A stretch of DNA of 49,691 nt, taken from assembly GCA_046598435.1 (NCBI GenBank), contig JBKJIL010000136.1:1-49691 (forward strand). The letters run 5' to 3'. Origin of the DNA: Acidimicrobiales bacterium (GTDB lineage: Bacteria; Actinomycetota; Acidimicrobiia; Acidimicrobiales; VFJN01). Positions 1 to 8,565 of the stretch are shown here, in pieces. The stretch's first letter is position 1, and every line of letters begins with the position of its first letter. Under the pieces are notes generated by a model. That model was not told the DNA's origin. It did no database searches and saw nothing but the letters and a program-made list of their open reading frames with translations. The position numbers and the translations under genes were made by a program.

Positions 1-447
1 GTTCACCCGCAGGGGGCGCCACTCGCCCGCCGCAGGGGGCGCTGGCCCGGGCTCGGGGGCCGGTGCCGGCTCGGGGGTCGGTGCCGGCTCGGGGCCGGAC
101 GCCGGTGGAGCGGTCGAGGGCGTCGGTGGAGCGGTCGAGGGGACCGGCGGCGCGGCGCTGGGCGGCGGTGGCGAGCCCGTGGTCGGGGTGGGCGACCCGA
201 CTGCCGCGGGAGCGGTCGGCGCCTGTCGCGCTGTCGCTGGGGCCTCCCCGCCGGAGGCTGGCGCCGCGGCTGGCGCCCGCTCGGCGAGCACCGGTGTGGC
301 CGGGGGTGGGGGCGGTGACGACGCCGCCGTCGTCACCGCCTCACCCGAAGGTGGGCCCTCCGTCGCGTGCCCGTCGAGCGGTGCGGCGCCGCTCACGAGG
401 AGCGCCCCCGCGGCCATCACCGCTCGCACAGCACCGAACCCCACCAC
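1..447 (-). CDS. partial CDS (start in window, runs off the left edge): membrane-anchored Pro/Ala/Thr-rich protein
   Basis: The minus frame ending exactly at nt 1 is open from GTG at 447/444, with an in-frame TGA just upstream. It translates VVGFGAVRAVMAAGALLVSGAAP (a hydrophobic N-terminal helix) followed by a long P/A/T-rich linker with PSTAPPT and PEPAPx repeats. Third codon positions are mostly G/C. Not in the ORF track because it is incomplete. Confidence 0.35.
   Translation of the reverse strand, partial: MVGFGAVRAVMAAGALLVSGAAPLDGHATEGPPSGEAVTTAASSPPPPPATPVLAERAPAAAPASGGEAPATARQAPTAPAAVGSPTPTTGSPPPPSAAPPVPSTAPPTPSTAPPASGPEPAPTPEPAPAPEPGPAPPAAGEWRPLRVN
51..146. repeat. in-frame tandem repeats: 3 x 18 nt (GCTCGGGGGYCGGTGCCG-like, 51-104) then 2 x 21 nt (GTGGAGCGGTCGAGGGSNNCG, 105-146)
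   Basis: Read directly. On the minus strand they encode the EPAPxP and PSTAPPT peptide repeats of the partial gene. Confidence 0.6.
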
Positions 448-535
448 GCCGCTGACGATGAGCCATCTCTGGTCTCGTCACCGCTTCCGATCGCGCAGAA
501 GGCGGGTGACTGTGGTCACCGGGCACGACTTCGGC

Positions 536-2227
536 TCAGGGCTTGGCGGCGCTGCTCATCGTTCGGCCCACCGACACCAGGGAGCGCAGCACGCGGGGCA
601 TGCCGAGGAGACCACCCTTGATGTCGCGGGCCACCGGGATGCGGTAGGTGCTCGGCCGCGGACCCACCCGGTCGGGCATCCAGCACGAGTGCAGCAGCAG
701 GTTCGGGTTGAAGGTGGGTGAGGAGGCGCGGGCGAGGGGCCCGGCCTCGATGTGCTGGGCGTCGAAGATCTGGATCTCCTTGGGCCCGTCCTGGTGCACC
801 ACGACCACGACGTAGCCGTCGTCGGGGTCATCGGCGCCGGCCCGGGGGACGAACGTCGGGGGCGACGGGAAGGACCCGTTCTCGTAGCTGAACACCTCGG
901 CCAGCTTCATGGCATCCAGATCGATCCGGGCGAGGGTGCCCGGCCGCGGCTTGGTGGGCAGATCCGCAGGGGCCACGAGCCCGTCGGTGGCCTCGCCGTA
1001 GAGGGCCCACCACTCCTCCGGTACGAGCTCGGGGTCGAAGCCCAGCCCGGTGTACCAGAGCTGGCGCTGGTGGCGGCGCGCGTCGGCCCGATGGGTGTCG
1101 GAGGTGAAGAGGATGCCGCCCCACACCCGTTCCTCGTCGACCACCGTGTCGGACTCGACGATCTCTCCGGTCGTGGGGTTGATGCGGTAGCACCCGATCA
1201 TCGACGGCTGGAGGGCGAGTGTGATCAGGCCCTCGTAGTTCGGGTCGATGGAGCGGCCCGAGTGGTGGTCCACCGAGTCCCGCGTCATCCACAGCATCAG
1301 GTCGCTGAGCGGGATCTGCTGCAGGACGACCCGCAGGAGGCCATCGGTCTCCTCCCGATCCACCAGCAGATGCCCGGTGGGGGTGGGGATCTGCACCTCG
1401 ACGGCGGCCACCGAGCCGCCCACCGGGGTGTTTCGGAGGTCGGCCTTGGCCACGATCCAGAGGTTGGTGTGCTCCTGGTTCCGACGCGTGCGGGCATCGC
1501 CGCGGAGCGTCTCGGGCTCGAAGATGAAGGGCAGGTCGGCGAAGACGAGGTGGTGCTCGGTGGCCTTGATGTCGTGGATCGAGTCGAAGCCCGACATGCC
1601 CGTCACCCGCCAGCGCTCGATGGCGCCATCGAGGCCCCAGCGCGCCACGTAGGTCTCGCCGGCCCCTCCCGGTTCGGTCACCTGCATGTAGTTGACGAAG
1701 TAGAGGGCGTGCTCGTCGAGGTCGGGCGCCGGGTGGGCGGCCACCGCGCACAGCGGCTCGAGGGGACCGGGCAGCGACTGGAGCCACTCCTCGTTGGCCC
1801 CGACCGGCGTGAGGTACTCCATCGTCTCGGGATCCACCTCCACCGGACGACCGCCGTCGTAGCCGAGGAAGAGCCGGCCATCGAGGGGCTGCACGTTGGT
1901 GTTGGCGAGGTTGGTGATCCCGAACGGGGAGACCTCGATGAACTGGAGCATCTTGAACAGCCAGGGCAGACGGCGGCGCAGGCGATCCATCGGGCTGCTC
2001 ACGCGCCGGTGCTGCACGGAGATGCGGCCATCGGCGTCGGGCACCATGCGGATGCGAGCGAGGAGGCCCTGCTCACCGAACCAGTGCCCACCCGGTCGCC
2101 GCTTGTCGGGACCGACCACGAACACCGAGCCGGCGACGTCGGTCGGCCAGTGGCCCTCGATGACCTCGAGGCGGTGGTCCTTCGGTCCTTGCCCCCAGAA
2201 CAGGTTCTTGGTCAACGTCGCCATCAA
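536..2227 (-). CDS. carotenoid cleavage oxygenase (RPE65/CCO) family protein, long divergent paralog (CCO-1, ~563 aa)
   Basis: 563-aa ORF. Candidate iron-ligand His motifs are AAHPAPD, SIHDIKATEHHLVF, PTGHLLVD and LLLHSCW. It ends with the CCO-like block DDGYVVVVVHQDGPKEIQIFDAQHIEAGPLARA. TTG at 2227 or ATG at 2224, preceded by GAGAGGGG. Confidence 0.85.
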   Translation of the reverse strand: MMATLTKNLFWGQGPKDHRLEVIEGHWPTDVAGSVFVVGPDKRRPGGHWFGEQGLLARIRMVPDADGRISVQHRRVSSPMDRLRRRLPWLFKMLQFIEVSPFGITNLANTNVQPLDGRLFLGYDGGRPVEVDPETMEYLTPVGANEEWLQSLPGPLEPLCAVAAHPAPDLDEHALYFVNYMQVTEPGGAGETYVARWGLDGAIERWRVTGMSGFDSIHDIKATEHHLVFADLPFIFEPETLRGDARTRRNQEHTNLWIVAKADLRNTPVGGSVAAVEVQIPTPTGHLLVDREETDGLLRVVLQQIPLSDLMLWMTRDSVDHHSGRSIDPNYEGLITLALQPSMIGCYRINPTTGEIVESDTVVDEERVWGGILFTSDTHRADARRHQRQLWYTGLGFDPELVPEEWWALYGEATDGLVAPADLPTKPRPGTLARIDLDAMKLAEVFSYENGSFPSPPTFVPRAGADDPDDGYVVVVVHQDGPKEIQIFDAQHIEAGPLARASSPTFNPNLLLHSCWMPDRVGPRPSTYRIPVARDIKGGLLGMPRVLRSLVSVGRTMSSAAKP

Positions 2228-2263
2228 GGGCCCCTCTCGCCGTCGGCAGCTCAGCCACCCGTA

Positions 2264-2280
2264 GGTGAACAGTGTTCACC
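2264..2280. promoter_or_regulatory. perfect 8-1-8 palindrome GGTGAACAGTGTTCACC, putative TetR operator (site 1)
   Basis: Read directly. It lies in the divergent gap between CCO-1 (start 2227) and the TetR gene (start 2379). It is the A/T-rich core of a family with five related copies in the window. Confidence 0.6.
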
Positions 2281-2347
2281 ACGTGACCCGAGAGCGCAAG
2301 CCGCGAGCGGCGCGAATCACCCGCGGTCACCAGAGACGGCCGCCATG

Positions 2348-2364
2348 GGTGAACAGCGTCATCT
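2348..2364. promoter_or_regulatory. operator half-site GGTGAACAGCGTCATCT (site 2, degenerate right half)
   Basis: The left half is identical to site 1. It ends 15 nt upstream of the TetR ATG and just upstream of a possible -10 (CATCAT, 2367-2372) that sits 6 nt before the ATG. Confidence 0.3.
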
Positions 2365-2378
2365 GGCATCATGCAGCG

Positions 2379-2999
2379 ATGGGAGACGAGCAGTCCGAGC
2401 GGGCCCCCCTGCGTCGGGAGACCATCGTGGCCGCCGCTCGTGAGCTCATCCGCTCGGGCGGGCTCGACGCGCTGTCGCTGCGCCGGCTGGCCAAGCACCT
2501 CGGGGTGACGGCACCGGCGCTCTACGCCCACGTGAGCGACAAGCGCGATCTCCTGCGCGCTGTCGCCGAGCTCGAGTTCGATCAGCTGCTCGTGCGGTTC
2601 GATGCCGTGGACGCGCCGGCACCGCTCGATCGCATCCGGGCCCACTGCCGCGCCTATGTCGACCATGCCCGGGAGAACCCTGAGCTCTTCGACGTGATGT
2701 TCCTGTTCCCGCCCGACCTCGGGCCCTCCGACCTCCCGGAGGGCACCGTGCTGCCGGCCGCCACGAAGGTGTTCACGGTGGCCTTGGGTGCTGTCGAGGC
2801 CGCCATCGCCGACGGCGCCCTCGTCGCCGACGACGCCCTCGTGGTGTCCCTGGCGCTGTGGACGGCGAACCACGGGGTGGCCTCGGCGCTGCAGCTCGGG
2901 TTCGCGCTCCCCGCGGAGCTGGAGGAGCAGCTCATCACCGAGGTCACCGAGACGCTGCTGCGGGGCTGGGCACCAGCCTCCACCAAGCGCCGCAGGTGA
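2379..2999 (+). CDS. TetR/AcrR family transcriptional regulator
   Basis: The HTH region reads LSLRRLAKHLGVTAPALYAHVSDKRDLL. I chose ATG 2379 rather than the ORF-track GTG 2265, because the extension is Arg-rich and would read through the palindrome. Confidence 0.85.
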   Translation: MGDEQSERAPLRRETIVAAARELIRSGGLDALSLRRLAKHLGVTAPALYAHVSDKRDLLRAVAELEFDQLLVRFDAVDAPAPLDRIRAHCRAYVDHARENPELFDVMFLFPPDLGPSDLPEGTVLPAATKVFTVALGAVEAAIADGALVADDALVVSLALWTANHGVASALQLGFALPAELEEQLITEVTETLLRGWAPASTKRRR

Positions 3000-3025
3000 A
3001 CAGCGTTCATCCGTTGGGCTAGAGT
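2995..3025 (+). promoter_or_regulatory. operator site 3 (GGTGAACAGCGTTCATC, 2995-3011) overlapping a sigma-A-like promoter: -35 TGAACA (2997-3002), 17 nt spacer, -10 TAGAGT (3020-3025)
   Basis: Read directly. It overlaps the TetR stop codon (2997-2999) and lies 42 nt upstream of the amidohydrolase ATG. An SD (GAGGGA) sits before 3067. Confidence 0.5.
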
Positions 3026-3066
3026 GCCGCCGCCGGCGAGGGCCGGCTCCGATCCCGAGGGACGCC

Positions 3067-4422
3067 ATGCCCGCAGCGACGCAACGTCTGGTGCTCACCG
3101 GCGGCACCGTGATCGACGGCACCGGGGGCCCGCCCCGCCCGGACACCACGGTGGTGATGGAGGACGGCGAGATCACCGTCGTCGGCGCCCACGGGCCGGT
3201 CGAGCGAGAGGGGGCGGAGAACGCCCCCGAGGTGCGGATCGACTGCCGAGGCCGGTGGGTGCTGCCCGGACTCATCGATGCCCACTGCCACAGCACGTTC
3301 GGCGAGCCGGCCTCCAACGACGAGCTCTTCTTCCATCGCCCCCAGAGCACCTCGGCCTTCCTCGCCGCCCACAACGTCGGCAAGCTCCTGCGGGCGGGGG
3401 TGACCGGGTTCCTCGACCCCGACTGCATCTTCGACCTGGGCCCTGCGCTGCGCGACGCCATCGAGGCGGGGCTCGTGGAGGGGCCCCGCATGCGGGCCGG
3501 CATGAACGCTCTGCTCACCACGGCCGGGGGCACGGCCGGACGGCTGATCCCCAACCGCGGCACCCTGGCCTATGCCCACGTCGTCGGTGACCGCGGCGAG
3601 ATGGTCCGGGTGACCCGCGAGCAGATCAAGCACGGTGCCGACTGGATCAAGATCCACGTGACGGGCCTGCTCCCCGGCCGGTCGGGCGAGCACTCGGTGT
3701 GGAGCGACGACGAGCTCCGCGCCGTGGTGGAGACGGCCCACGCCCTCGACACTCCGGTGGTGGCGCACTGCCGCACCGCAGGCTCCACCACGCAGGCCGC
3801 CCGCGCCGGGATCGACCTCATCCTGCACGGCTCGTTCATGGACGAGGAGGCGCTGGAGGCGGTCGTCGGCGCGGGGAGCGCGCTGTGCCCGACCTTCACG
3901 TTCCTCGCCAACCTCTGCGACCACGGCCACCTCGTGGGTGCGGCCAACGGCCAGATCGACCTCTTCCGAGGCGAGATCGCGGCCACCGCGGCCATGGTCC
4001 GACGAGCCCACGACGCGGGGGTGCCCCTGCTGTGCGGCTCGGAGAGCGGCTTCTCCCTCACGCCCTACGGCCACTGGCACGCCCGCGAGCTCGAGCTCTT
4101 CGTGTCAGAGATCGGCCTCGACCCGCTCACCGCCATCCGCTGCGCCACCGCCAACGGCGCACTGGCGCTGCGGATGGCGCCGGGACGGATCGGCGTGGTG
4201 GCCGTGGGGGCCCTGGCCGACCTGCTGGTGGTCGACGCCGACCCGAGCGCGGACGTCAGCGTGCTCGGCGATCGCTCCCACCTCCGCGCTGTGATCAGCC
4301 GAGGACGCCTGGTCGACCTCGACCGCCCCTGGCCGGAACGGCAGCCCCTTCCCGGCGAGCGGGTGGGCACCTGGTCGACCGCCCTGCTGACCCGCGACCT
4401 CGTGGCGGGCACCGGCGCATGA
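3067..4422 (+). CDS. amidohydrolase family protein (imidazolonepropionase/prolidase-like metallo-hydrolase)
   Basis: Starts MPAATQRLVLTGGTVIDGTG. Has the HxH metal motif in LPGLIDAHCHSTFG, and ADLLVVDADP near the C-terminus. Confidence 0.8.
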   Translation: MPAATQRLVLTGGTVIDGTGGPPRPDTTVVMEDGEITVVGAHGPVEREGAENAPEVRIDCRGRWVLPGLIDAHCHSTFGEPASNDELFFHRPQSTSAFLAAHNVGKLLRAGVTGFLDPDCIFDLGPALRDAIEAGLVEGPRMRAGMNALLTTAGGTAGRLIPNRGTLAYAHVVGDRGEMVRVTREQIKHGADWIKIHVTGLLPGRSGEHSVWSDDELRAVVETAHALDTPVVAHCRTAGSTTQAARAGIDLILHGSFMDEEALEAVVGAGSALCPTFTFLANLCDHGHLVGAANGQIDLFRGEIAATAAMVRRAHDAGVPLLCGSESGFSLTPYGHWHARELELFVSEIGLDPLTAIRCATANGALALRMAPGRIGVVAVGALADLLVVDADPSADVSVLGDRSHLRAVISRGRLVDLDRPWPERQPLPGERVGTWSTALLTRDLVAGTGA

Positions 4423-5207
4423 CGGCGCGCCGGGTGCTCGTGACGGGCGCCGCGGGCGGGCTGGGCGCCGCCATCGCGGCGCGGTTCGCGGCCGGGGGCG
4501 ACCGGGTCGGCGTGCTCGACGTCGACGGCGAGGCCGCTCAGCGTTGCGCCGCGTCACTGCCCGGCGAGGCGGTGGGGCTGGCGGCATCGGTGACCGACCC
4601 GACCGCCGTCGACGCGGCGTTGGATCGCTTCGGCCTCCCCGACGTCGTGGTCAACAACGCCGGCATCGTGCGCTTCGGGCCGCTGGCCACGCTGGACCTG
4701 GCCGACTGGCGAGCGGTGGTGGACGTGAACCTCACTGGCACCTTCGTGGTCGGCCGGACGGTCGCGGCGCGCTGGCTGGCCGCGGCCCGCCCTGGTGCCA
4801 TCGTGAACGTGACCTCGATGAACGGCGTGGCCCCCGGGCCCAGCTCCGGGGCCTACGGCCCGACCAAGGCAGCCGTCGCCCTGCTCACCCAGCAGATGGC
4901 CCTCGAATGGGGTCCCTCCGGCATCCGCGTGAACGCGGTCGCGCCCGGCCTCATCGATGGCGGCATGTCCACTGCCATCTACGCCGACGAGGCCACCCGG
5001 GCGGCCCGCTCGGCCAAGGTGCCGCTCGGCCGTCTCGGCGTGCCGAACGACATCGCCGACGCGGTCTGGTGGCTGGCCTCCGACGCCGCCACGTACATCA
5101 CCGGCCAGCAGCTCCTCGTCGATGGCGGCGTCACCATGGCCATGATCGCCAACCTGCCCCGACCGGCCTCGGTCGACGGCGTGGGCCATGGGCCCGACGC
5201 CGGATGA
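4419..5207 (+). CDS. short-chain dehydrogenase/reductase (SDR)
   Basis: Motifs VLVTGAAGGLGAAIA (TGxxxGxG), NNAG and YGPTKAA (YxxxK). ATGA overlap with the upstream stop. Confidence 0.85.
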   Translation: MTARRVLVTGAAGGLGAAIAARFAAGGDRVGVLDVDGEAAQRCAASLPGEAVGLAASVTDPTAVDAALDRFGLPDVVVNNAGIVRFGPLATLDLADWRAVVDVNLTGTFVVGRTVAARWLAAARPGAIVNVTSMNGVAPGPSSGAYGPTKAAVALLTQQMALEWGPSGIRVNAVAPGLIDGGMSTAIYADEATRAARSAKVPLGRLGVPNDIADAVWWLASDAATYITGQQLLVDGGVTMAMIANLPRPASVDGVGHGPDAG

Positions 5208-5917
5208 GCGCGCCCCGAGCACTCGTCCTGACCGGCGGGCCCCACCCCTTCGCCGAGACCACGCCACTGCTCGCGACGCTCCTCGAGGACGTGGGGTGCC
5301 TGGTCACCGTGGTGGACGACCCCGATCGAGCGGCCGAGGGCCTCGCGGCAGGCGGCGTCGACCTGTTCGTGGTGAACGCCCTGCGCTGGCGGATGTTGGC
5401 CGGTCGCTACGACGAGCTCCGTCCCACCCACGCCTACGCCACGACGCCCACGACGGCGGCGGCCATCGGCGCATGGGTGACCGGGGGCGGCAGGATGCTC
5501 GCCTGCCACGGTGCCCCTATCTGCTTCGACGACTGGCCCGGCTGGGGAGACCTCCTCGGCGCCCGGTGGAGCTGGGAGCGCTCGAGCCACCCACCCGTCG
5601 GCGCTGTCGCGGTGCACGTTGCGGCCCCCGCGCACCCGCTCGTGGCCGGGCTGACCGACACCGTGATCATCGACGAGTGCTACGGCTTCCTCGACCACAC
5701 GACGCCCATCGACGCCCTCCTCACCGGGGCGCACGGCGGACGCCAGCACCCGCTGCTCTGGGAGCACCGTCCGGGCGCAGGGCACGTCGTGGTGTGCCTG
5801 CTCGGGCACGGCCCCGAATCGTTCCAGCACCCCACCCACGCCGAGGTCCTGCGCCGCAGCGTGGTCCGCCTGCTCGAACGCAGCCCGGCACTGCCATCGA
5901 CCAGGGAGGGACGTTGA
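5204..5917 (+). CDS. ThuA-like domain protein (class-I glutamine-amidotransferase-like fold), function unknown
   Basis: Segments ALVLTGGPHPF, GGRMLACHGA, HPLVAGL...IIDECYGF and VVVCLLGHGPESF resemble the ThuA (trehalose utilisation) domain. ATGA overlap upstream. Confidence 0.55.
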   Translation: MSAPRALVLTGGPHPFAETTPLLATLLEDVGCLVTVVDDPDRAAEGLAAGGVDLFVVNALRWRMLAGRYDELRPTHAYATTPTTAAAIGAWVTGGGRMLACHGAPICFDDWPGWGDLLGARWSWERSSHPPVGAVAVHVAAPAHPLVAGLTDTVIIDECYGFLDHTTPIDALLTGAHGGRQHPLLWEHRPGAGHVVVCLLGHGPESFQHPTHAEVLRRSVVRLLERSPALPSTREGR

Positions 5918-7107
5918 CCGACACCATCACGCTCACCGACTACGACGACGTGCTGGCCGCCTACCGGAGCAAGCACTTGCGCCAGGCCCTCTACGACGCC
6001 GGCGAGGTCGTGATGGCCGATGTGCTCGTCAACCTCCACGGCGACGAGCACCGAGCTCGGCGACGGCTCGAGAACCGGCTGTTCCGCCGAGACGCCCACG
6101 AGCGCTACGAGCGTGAGCTGTTCCCGTCGGTGATCGCCGAGTCGATGGCGCCTCACCTGGCCGCCGGCCGCGGCGAGCTCGTCGAGCTCAGCCACCAGCT
6201 CCTGATGAACCTGGCCGCCCTCACCGCCGGCGTCGACCGCCCCCGAGGGACGATCGAGGAGTCGCTGCGCCTCTATGACTACCTCATGCGCTTCATCGAA
6301 GGCGCCACGCTCGCGCACTACACGGGCGACCGGGCGGCCAAGGAGGCGGAGGTGGCCGCCGCCCTGGCCGGCTTCGACGAGGCCTTTCTCGCGCCGTCGG
6401 TCGAGCGCCGTCAACGGCTGCTGGCCGAGGAAGCAGCAGGCGGGGCGCCGGCGCCGGACGACGTGCTCACCGTGCTGCTTCGCAACGACGATGCCCTCCA
6501 CCTCCCGCATGACGTCGTGCTGCGAGAGACCTGCTTCTTCCTGCTGGCCGGCGCCCACACGTCGGCCACCGCGTTCACCCGCACGCTGCACCACCTCTTC
6601 GGCTGGCTCGATGCGCACCCCGGCGACGCCGACCGGCTGCGCACCGATCGCCTCTTCGTGCAGCGCTGCGTGCACGAGGCCATCCGTCTGCAGCCGTCGA
6701 GCCCGATCGGGATGCGCTGGGCGCTGGCCGAGGTGACGCTCCCCAGCGGGCAGGTGCTGCCCGAAGGCGCGCGGGTGGTGATGGACCTGTTGGCGGTGAA
6801 CCGCGACCCGCAGGTGTGGGGGCCCGACGCGGAGGACTTCGTGCCCACGCGAGAGGTGCCGGCCGGCCGGGCGCCGTGGGGTCTGTCGTTCGGTTCGGGG
6901 ATGCACGCCTGCATCGGGCAGGACCTGGCCGCCGGTCTGGCCTTCAGCACCGAGCGAGATCCCGCCGACCACCTCTTCGGCCTCGTGCCCATCGCCGTGC
7001 AGTGGATGGTGGAGCACGGTGCCCGACCCGACCCGGAGCACCCGGCCGTGCTCGATCCCGCCAACGAGCGCGGCTACTGGTCGTCGTTCCCGATCCTGCT
7101 CGGATGA
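5914..7107 (+). CDS. cytochrome P450
   Basis: Heme-thiolate loop FGSGMHACIG, ExxR as EAIRL, I-helix LLAGAHTSATAF. TTG start in a TTGA overlap with the upstream stop, preceded by GGGAGGG. Confidence 0.85.
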   Translation: MTDTITLTDYDDVLAAYRSKHLRQALYDAGEVVMADVLVNLHGDEHRARRRLENRLFRRDAHERYERELFPSVIAESMAPHLAAGRGELVELSHQLLMNLAALTAGVDRPRGTIEESLRLYDYLMRFIEGATLAHYTGDRAAKEAEVAAALAGFDEAFLAPSVERRQRLLAEEAAGGAPAPDDVLTVLLRNDDALHLPHDVVLRETCFFLLAGAHTSATAFTRTLHHLFGWLDAHPGDADRLRTDRLFVQRCVHEAIRLQPSSPIGMRWALAEVTLPSGQVLPEGARVVMDLLAVNRDPQVWGPDAEDFVPTREVPAGRAPWGLSFGSGMHACIGQDLAAGLAFSTERDPADHLFGLVPIAVQWMVEHGARPDPEHPAVLDPANERGYWSSFPILLG

Positions 7108-8099
7108 CCGACTCGACCGGCGTGACCGGACCCGTCAGGGCCTGGACCCACCCGGTCGCCTGGCCCCCCGATGGCCCCAACCGACTGCTCGTGGACTACC
7201 ACGCCCATGTGGTGCTGCCCGGCATGGAGGGGCGCGCCGGTTCCGCCGGGCCAGAGTCGGGCGTCGACGAGGCCGGGTGTCCCTGGTACCGCGTCGGGGG
7301 CTATCGGCTCGACGGCGTGCGCTACCCCGGGACCCCGTTCAGCGATCTCGAGCTCCGGCTGGCCGCCATGGACGAGCTCGGCATCGACGCCCAGGTCCTG
7401 TCACCCAACCCGCTCACCTACTTCCACCACGTCGACGCCAGCACCGCGACAGACCTGAGCCGCTGGCACAACGACACCTTGGCTGCGCTGGTGGACACGG
7501 CGCCCACCCGGCTGGCCGGCTTCGCCCAGGTGCCGATGCAGGATCCCGTTCGGGCCGCCGCTGAGACGCGCCGAGCGGTGACGGAGCTGGGTCTCGTCGG
7601 GCCGTACCTCGGCACCGACATCGGGCGAGACCTCGACGACCCCGCCCTGGACGCCCTCTGGTCGACCTGCGAAGAGCTCGACGTGCCCGCATTCATCCAT
7701 CCGGGGGTGCAGGGCACGGATGGGCCCCTGCGCGACCCGCGGCTGCGACGCTTCGACCTCGACCTCACGGTGGGGTTCCTCTACGAGGAGACGGTGGCCG
7801 TGGCACAGCTGGTCTTCGGCGGGGTGCTCCACCGCCATCCCGACCTGCGGGTGTGCCTGTCACACGGCGGCGGCGCCACGATCTGGCTGCGCGAGCGCTG
7901 GCAGCGGGCAGTGGAGGTGCGGGGATGGGTGCCGGAGTGGTTGCGGGAGCCGGGCGCCTTCGACGCCCAGCTTCGCCGGCTGTGGTTCGACGCCCACACC
8001 GGTGGCCCCGCGTCCCTGGGGTTCCTCACCCAGGCCGTCGGCACCGAGCACCTCACCTTCGGCACCAACCTGGCCGGCTGGGACGCCCCACGCCCGTGA
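7104..8099 (+). CDS. amidohydrolase_2 (ACMSD/LigW-like decarboxylase/hydratase) family protein
   Basis: Segments LLVDYHAHVVLP (HxH), IDAQVLSPNP, FIHP and LRVCLSHGGG. ATGA overlap upstream. Confidence 0.75.
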   Translation: MTDSTGVTGPVRAWTHPVAWPPDGPNRLLVDYHAHVVLPGMEGRAGSAGPESGVDEAGCPWYRVGGYRLDGVRYPGTPFSDLELRLAAMDELGIDAQVLSPNPLTYFHHVDASTATDLSRWHNDTLAALVDTAPTRLAGFAQVPMQDPVRAAAETRRAVTELGLVGPYLGTDIGRDLDDPALDALWSTCEELDVPAFIHPGVQGTDGPLRDPRLRRFDLDLTVGFLYEETVAVAQLVFGGVLHRHPDLRVCLSHGGGATIWLRERWQRAVEVRGWVPEWLREPGAFDAQLRRLWFDAHTGGPASLGFLTQAVGTEHLTFGTNLAGWDAPRP

Positions 8100-8121
8100 C
8101 CCGCAGGCAGTCGCCGCGGCG

Positions 8122-8565
8122 CTAGCTGCCGTCGGCCAGGGCCGCCTCTTCGCGCAGGCGGGCCCGGCGGGCTACGAGGAGCCCGACCGCCGCCGCCGCC
8201 GCGGCCAGAGCCACGACGAGGACCTGACGCTGTCGTTGGGTCCTGTCGTCCTCGGGGTTCGATCGGAACCGGGCGATGTCCTCGAGCTCACCGCGAGAGA
8301 GGCCATCGGCCTCGCCGAGATCGATCCGAGCGACGCGTCCGGATTCGGGATCTACGTCGAGATGCAGCGTCCTGCCCGACTCGACGACGGTCACCGGCCA
8401 CACCCCGTCCACGGGCTCCTCGGCCACTCGCACCCGCTCGGCCACGAGGCCGGCGGAGCCGAACGCCCCGGTGACCACCGCCGGGACGTCGTCGCGGCCG
8501 AGGCTCGCAGTGGAGCAGGCGGCGACGAGCGCAACGAGCAGGAGGGCCAGTGCCCGACGGCTCAC
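8122..8565 (-). CDS. lipoprotein with a PepSY-like fold hint and a C-terminal TM helix, function unknown
   Basis: Lipobox in VSRRALALLLVALVAAC. The segment VDGVWPVTVVESGRTLHLDVDPESGRVARIDL is PepSY-like. C-terminal helix VLVVALAAAAAAVGLLV. GTG start in a GTGA overlap with the upstream stop; GTG 8568 is the alternative. Confidence 0.55.
   Translation of the reverse strand: MSRRALALLLVALVAACSTASLGRDDVPAVVTGAFGSAGLVAERVRVAEEPVDGVWPVTVVESGRTLHLDVDPESGRVARIDLGEADGLSRGELEDIARFRSNPEDDRTQRQRQVLVVALAAAAAAVGLLVARRARLREEAALADGS

Noticed and set aside
1-8. The window begins with GTTCACCC, which matches the right half of the operator motif (TGTTCACC).
   Set aside because: Only a half-site is visible. 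It lies inside the putative partial CDS and the left half is outside the window, so it cannot be evaluated.
2265-2378. N-terminal extensions proposed by the ORF track for the TetR (GTG 2265), the Rieske gene (to 17694), CCO-3 (17438), the acyl-CoA synthetase (19948), the ACAD (31823), the CoA ligase (to 36286), CopB (to 39348) and MMPL (to 41494).
   Set aside because: The extensions are Arg/Pro-rich and run through operators or neighbouring genes. Internal starts with an SD, a 4-nt overlap or a -10 geometry give N-termini typical of each family.
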